Below, piece by piece: positions 28,269 to 32,000 of a stretch of 32,000 nt of DNA. The notes under the pieces are model-generated. The model made no database searches, was not told where the DNA came from, and worked only from the letters and a program-made list of their open reading frames with translations. Source of the DNA: Flavobacteriaceae bacterium (lineage in GTDB: Bacteria; Bacteroidota; Bacteroidia; Flavobacteriales; Flavobacteriaceae); assembly GCA_965224465.1 (NCBI GenBank), contig OZ245049.1:180001-212000 (forward strand), read 5' to 3'. Position numbers and translations under genes: made by a program. Position 1 is the first letter of the stretch. Every line of letters starts with the position of its first letter.

Positions 28269-28823
28269 TTATTTAATTTTTAACCCGTTAAAAACGTGTA
28301 AGCTATTGCAAAGGCGTTCTTGTGTATTGTCAGTTCCGTATACCTGTGTTTGTACGCGGATATAAGAGGCAGAATCATGGTTGATATAGATGCTTAGCTC
28401 TTGAAAAGGACGTTTGTTTTTTATTCCTTTTACAAGGTTATAGTACGCAGGGAATCCATGCCAGTCAAAATAGTTTTCCTGAAGTAGGGCAAGGTTTTTT
28501 CTGTCTATTTCAGCATGTAATTTTGCATTAAATATACCTGTAAATTCTAACATTCCATTGTACATGGCTGCTTCAAAAATAAATGTTTCCGTTAGTGATT
28601 TTGTGGTGTCGGCTGTCATTATTGAAGATTGAAAATCATCGTAGTACAAGTTTGTTTTCCAATTCTTTGAAGTCTTTATGCTGAATTTTTTATTAAAATC
28701 TATACTTGTTTTATTGAACGAGGGTTTTTCTATTGAATTACAGGCTAATAAGTCTTCTAAAGGTGATTTTTTTTGACATGAAATGCAAGTCAATAGGAGT
28801 AGGGCAATGTATCTAAATTTCAT
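28269..28823 (-). CDS. Hypothetical lipoprotein
   Basis: Lipobox LLTCISC, 184 aa, mixed alpha/beta-looking sequence with no motifs I recognise. Its start lies 1 nt after the upstream gene's stop (TAA-T-ATG on the - strand). Confidence 0.5.
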   Translation of the reverse strand: MKFRYIALLLLTCISCQKKSPLEDLLACNSIEKPSFNKTSIDFNKKFSIKTSKNWKTNLYYDDFQSSIMTADTTKSLTETFIFEAAMYNGMLEFTGIFNAKLHAEIDRKNLALLQENYFDWHGFPAYYNLVKGIKNKRPFQELSIYINHDSASYIRVQTQVYGTDNTQERLCNSLHVFNGLKIK

Positions 28824-28824
28824 A

Positions 28825-29862
28825 TTATAAAATATTAAGGAGTGCTACTTTTTCATGCCCTGCTAACCAAGCACTGTTTTTGTTAATCATGCGGAGGGTA
28901 TAATATCCTTGATCGCTTACTTTTGTCCAGGAACGTCCTCTATTGTTTGAAAAATATACTCCTTTGGTGGATGTAGCTAGTAATTCTTTTCCTTCTGTAT
29001 TTGGTATGTATTGGACACAACTGATGTAACTTGGTTGCTCTTGTGGTATAATTTCCCACGTTTTCCCGCCATCTGAAGTAAGTGCCTTACTCGTCATAAT
29101 AGCATCTTTTTGAGTGTAGTCACCTCCCATGATAATTCCGTTATTTTTGTCGTAAAAAGCAACAGTATAAATTCCTGTAGTGGGTTTTCCTTGTATTAGA
29201 GGTGTTTCAAAAACTTCCCAGCTAACGCCTTTGTCTTTGGTGTGAAAAATACGAGCATGTGTGCCTCCTGTAACAATCCAAGCGTGCTCTCCTACAATGC
29301 TTATGTTTGTGTTACTGGCTGCAAAAGCAGCTTCCCCCGGGTAGATTTTAGGTAAGAACTTACAATCAATTTTCCCCCAAGATTCTCCACCGTCCCTTGT
29401 TATAATAATGGACAAACAATCTTCCGTAGGATCTCCCATAGCAATTCCGTTTAAATCATCAAAAAAAGCCATACTGTTGTAAAACACCTTGTCGTGAATT
29501 TCTTTGTAAACAATAGTGTAGGCATCTCCTTTTGATTGGTATAATAAAGCAGGATTTCCAATACTTAAAGCGTAAAATCCTTTTGTAGTTGATCCTATTG
29601 CTCTAAAATGAGGGCGTATGCTGTCTGTTTTTAGTTGTTGTGTGGTCCACGTTTTTCCAAGGTTTCTTGTACGTGTAATATCCCCTTTAGATCCAGCGTA
29701 TATCATGGCGGAATCTGTTAATACAGTTATTGCACGAATGCTTGTATTTGGCTTGTCGTACGTAGTGATTTTTACAGTAATGTTGGTTCTAGGAGTGTAA
29801 TGTTTATGGCAAGCACAAAGAAAAGTACTTAAGAAAAGTACCAATAGGTAGTGTTTTTTCAT
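28825..29862 (-). CDS. BNR/Asp-box repeat beta-propeller lipoprotein (Ycf48/HCF136-like, sialidase-fold)
   Basis: Lipobox FLCAC. Five Asp-box-like S/T-x-D/N-x-G-x-S/T-W motifs (TRNLGKTW, TRDGGESW, TKDKGVSW, TSDGGKTW, SNNRGRSW). Confidence 0.7.
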   Translation of the reverse strand: MKKHYLLVLFLSTFLCACHKHYTPRTNITVKITTYDKPNTSIRAITVLTDSAMIYAGSKGDITRTRNLGKTWTTQQLKTDSIRPHFRAIGSTTKGFYALSIGNPALLYQSKGDAYTIVYKEIHDKVFYNSMAFFDDLNGIAMGDPTEDCLSIIITRDGGESWGKIDCKFLPKIYPGEAAFAASNTNISIVGEHAWIVTGGTHARIFHTKDKGVSWEVFETPLIQGKPTTGIYTVAFYDKNNGIIMGGDYTQKDAIMTSKALTSDGGKTWEIIPQEQPSYISCVQYIPNTEGKELLATSTKGVYFSNNRGRSWTKVSDQGYYTLRMINKNSAWLAGHEKVALLNIL

Positions 29863-29882
29863 GGAGCGTATATCTTAGAGAT

Positions 29883-29919
29883 AAAAACTCGAACGCGTTG
29901 GTTTTCTAGTTCGAGTTTT
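29883..29919 (-). terminator. Hairpin terminator downstream of the S41 peptidase gene
   Basis: 11-bp stem AAAACTCGAAC/GTTCGAGTTTT (29884-29894 with 29909-29919) and a 14-nt loop. A/T runs at the stem ends supply the U-tract on the - strand. Confidence 0.6.
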
Positions 29920-29928
29920 AAGTGAGAT

Positions 29929-31398
29929 TTATTGTTGTGGTAGTGTTTTATCGATAAACATATTCATTCCTAATAATGTATGTTCATTACTATCGCTAAT
30001 TGTTTTTTGAGTAGGAGTATTTTTTGCTGGTTTGGAGAATTCATTTTTAGCACCTGTTGTTATCAATTGAATTGCTCTCGCCAGCATAGGTTCTGAAAAA
30101 TCACCAAGCATTCCTAAGTTTCCGTATTTTTCTGAAAATGGCACGTTTGGATCAAAGCCGTTTTTATTATTTTCCCCTAATTTATTTACCATTTCTAGCA
30201 CGATAGGTTGCATGGCAAATGTATGATTAGGATTCGCTTTTTTTCGACTGTAATCAGGGGCGTCATATACTGTTACCGAGCCTACATATTTCCCGTAAGT
30301 AGTTTCTCCGATTAATTTTACATCAATATAAGGATTCAGTCCGTTGATGATAAGTTCGCTAGCAGAAGCGGATCTGCTTGACGTTAAAATATAAATAGAA
30401 GAAAGGTTTAAACTTTGTATAGGGGTGTTATCTCTCATTTTATTCACAAAATTATTTAGGATGTACTCTGGATGGTTGTTTTCGAAATAGTTCATCCATT
30501 TTTTATTCCATCGTTCTTTTGCGAACAACTCACCTGTAAACTGACCTGTAATCATACTAGCAAGATAAGTGGCGCTTCTTACCGAGCCTCCTCCGTTGTA
30601 TCTCAAATCCAGAACTAACGCATCAACACTTTCGGATTTAAAGTATTCAAAAACATTGTTTAGTTCATGATCATACTTACTTGTAAATCCGTTATACATA
30701 AGATATCCTATTTTTTTACCGCCTATTTCTTGTACTGTTTTTACGTATATGGGGTTTTCTCCAATCAGTGTTTTTGTAACTGCTATGGAAGTTCCATTTA
30801 GAACAGGAGCTCCATTGTTGTAGTCCGCAAAATTTAATGTTAGGTCTTCATTTTTTCCGAAAAGTAAGGAACCGTAATTTTTATCCGTAAGAGTAACACC
30901 ATTTACTGCTGTAAAAATGCTACCACGTTTTATGTTTTTATCCGCAGCATCTGATCTCGGAATTACATAGCGTATATAGCCAAATATATTGCTAGAAGAT
31001 CCGATTCTTACCAGTCCTAATTTAATACCTGTTGTTTTGTTAATTCCCTGAAATGAGTTTTCTTGGGCAATATAATCTTCAATAAACCAAGAAAATCGAT
31101 CGGTAACACCTGCTTCCTTTTTTGTACCATGTTCAAATAATAAATCTTCAAAAAGTACGGCTGGATTTTTATAGGCATCAAGATACGTATTTAATTCGGC
31201 TTGCGTAGGAAAGCGATCATCTTGCAAATTCGTTACTTTTGGTTGCCATAAATAGTACAGATTGAGTCCTTTCCAAACAAAATTCTGAACTTCTAGATTT
31301 TTTGGGACGTCGCTTTTTTCATCATTATTACAGCTTGTGACCCCTATAAATAAAAGGAACGCAAGTAGTGTTACGAGTATATTTTTTTCGAATTTCAT
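29929..31398 (-). CDS. S41-family (C-terminal processing/Tsp-like) serine peptidase, lipoprotein
   Basis: Lipobox GVTSC. LVLDLRYNGGGS and the nucleophile region TSSRSASASELII are typical of S41 peptidases. Confidence 0.85.
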   Translation of the reverse strand: MKFEKNILVTLLAFLLFIGVTSCNNDEKSDVPKNLEVQNFVWKGLNLYYLWQPKVTNLQDDRFPTQAELNTYLDAYKNPAVLFEDLLFEHGTKKEAGVTDRFSWFIEDYIAQENSFQGINKTTGIKLGLVRIGSSSNIFGYIRYVIPRSDAADKNIKRGSIFTAVNGVTLTDKNYGSLLFGKNEDLTLNFADYNNGAPVLNGTSIAVTKTLIGENPIYVKTVQEIGGKKIGYLMYNGFTSKYDHELNNVFEYFKSESVDALVLDLRYNGGGSVRSATYLASMITGQFTGELFAKERWNKKWMNYFENNHPEYILNNFVNKMRDNTPIQSLNLSSIYILTSSRSASASELIINGLNPYIDVKLIGETTYGKYVGSVTVYDAPDYSRKKANPNHTFAMQPIVLEMVNKLGENNKNGFDPNVPFSEKYGNLGMLGDFSEPMLARAIQLITTGAKNEFSKPAKNTPTQKTISDSNEHTLLGMNMFIDKTLPQQ

Positions 31399-31460
31399 AT
31401 GGGTTATGTATATATTTATTATTTTTGGTCACTGTAAAATTAAGTTTTTTTTATGTACCC

Positions 31461-31500
31461 TTGTTACAAAAACGAAATAGAGTCGTCATAATTGTAACAA
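31461..31500. promoter_or_regulatory. Perfect 9-bp inverted repeat (TTGTTACAA-N22-TTGTAACAA) in the leader or promoter region of the ECF sigma gene
   Basis: The arms are at 31461-31469 and 31492-31500, 36 nt upstream of the ATG at 31536. A TATTTTTG (-7-like) motif lies at 31420-31427. Confidence 0.3.
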
Positions 31501-31535
31501 AGCAAAAACAGTTCGCTTTTAATCAAACTTTAATA

Positions 31536-32000
31536 ATGAATCAATCGGAGTTTTTACATCAAGTAATGCCCTTTAAAGATAAAGTCTTTCGACTTGCAAA
31601 ACGTCTCTTGGTGAGTACCGAAGAAGCCGAAGATGCAACGCAAGAGTTGTTTTTTAAGTTGTGGAAGAATAAAGGAAAGCTTACGAAGTACAAAAGTGTA
31701 GAAGCTTTTGCAATGACCATGACTAAGAATTACTGTTTTGATCGATTGAAATCAAAGCAAGCGTCAAATTTAACCTTGATTCATAGTAATTATAAAGAGA
31801 CTGGCACCTCTTTGCAGAAGTTGATAGAACTTAAGGACAGTGTGAGTTTGGTACATCGTTTTATAGATGATTTACCAGATCAGCAAAAAATAATAATACA
31901 GTTGAGAGATGTAGAGGAATATGAATTTGAAGAAATTGGCAAGATGCTTGCAATGAAACCTACAGCAGTAAGAGTATCATTGTCTAGAGCTAGGAAAACG
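31536..32000 (+). CDS. ECF-type RNA polymerase sigma-70 factor. The 3' end is cut by the window edge.
   Basis: This ORF is not in the supplied track because it has no stop codon within the window. My own translation from ATG 31536 gives MNQSEFLHQVMPFKDKVFRLAKRLLVSTEEAEDATQELFFKLWKN... (region 2) and ...DLPDQQKIIIQLRDVEEYEFEEIGKMLAMKPTAVRVSLSRARKT (region 4 HTH). It stays in frame to base 32000. Confidence 0.8.
   Translation, partial: MNQSEFLHQVMPFKDKVFRLAKRLLVSTEEAEDATQELFFKLWKNKGKLTKYKSVEAFAMTMTKNYCFDRLKSKQASNLTLIHSNYKETGTSLQKLIELKDSVSLVHRFIDDLPDQQKIIIQLRDVEEYEFEEIGKMLAMKPTAVRVSLSRARKT

Overview
This 32 kb window looks like a low-GC chromosomal segment from a Bacteroidota, probably Flavobacteriia. 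That placement is an inference from four things: many lipobox lipoproteins, a TonB-dependent receptor with a CarboxypepD_reg-like N-terminus, TAnnTTTG-type promoter motifs, and no obvious Shine-Dalgarno sites. I support 20 protein-coding genes. Most are housekeeping: purL, a DEAD-box helicase, dnaB, lysA, pepT, an S41 peptidase, an M16 peptidase fragment, a YdeP/FdhF-family molybdoenzyme, a PPP-type phosphoesterase, a class I methyltransferase, and a partial ECF sigma factor. I found no rRNA, tRNA, CRISPR array, transposase or integrase. Two regions deserve a second look. (1) At 1573-7068 there is a tightly packed outer-membrane triad: a TonB-dependent receptor, a lipoprotein with a lamin-tail-like domain, and a predicted beta-barrel. 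Its substrate is unknown. (2) At 21.8-25.7 kb there is an accessory-looking stretch. A single A/T-rich gene for a PQQ-like beta-propeller protein (648 aa) is bracketed by two direct copies of a ~100-bp repeat, about 90% identical by eye. The differences between the copies fall in predicted loops or spacers, or are wobble-compatible. The propeller gene also appears cut off from a signal-peptide-like mini-ORF that lies in another frame directly over its start. About 0.8 kb and 0.25 kb of non-coding DNA flank this stretch. I cannot show from sequence alone that any of this is a new system. The repeat-flanked cassette is the best candidate.
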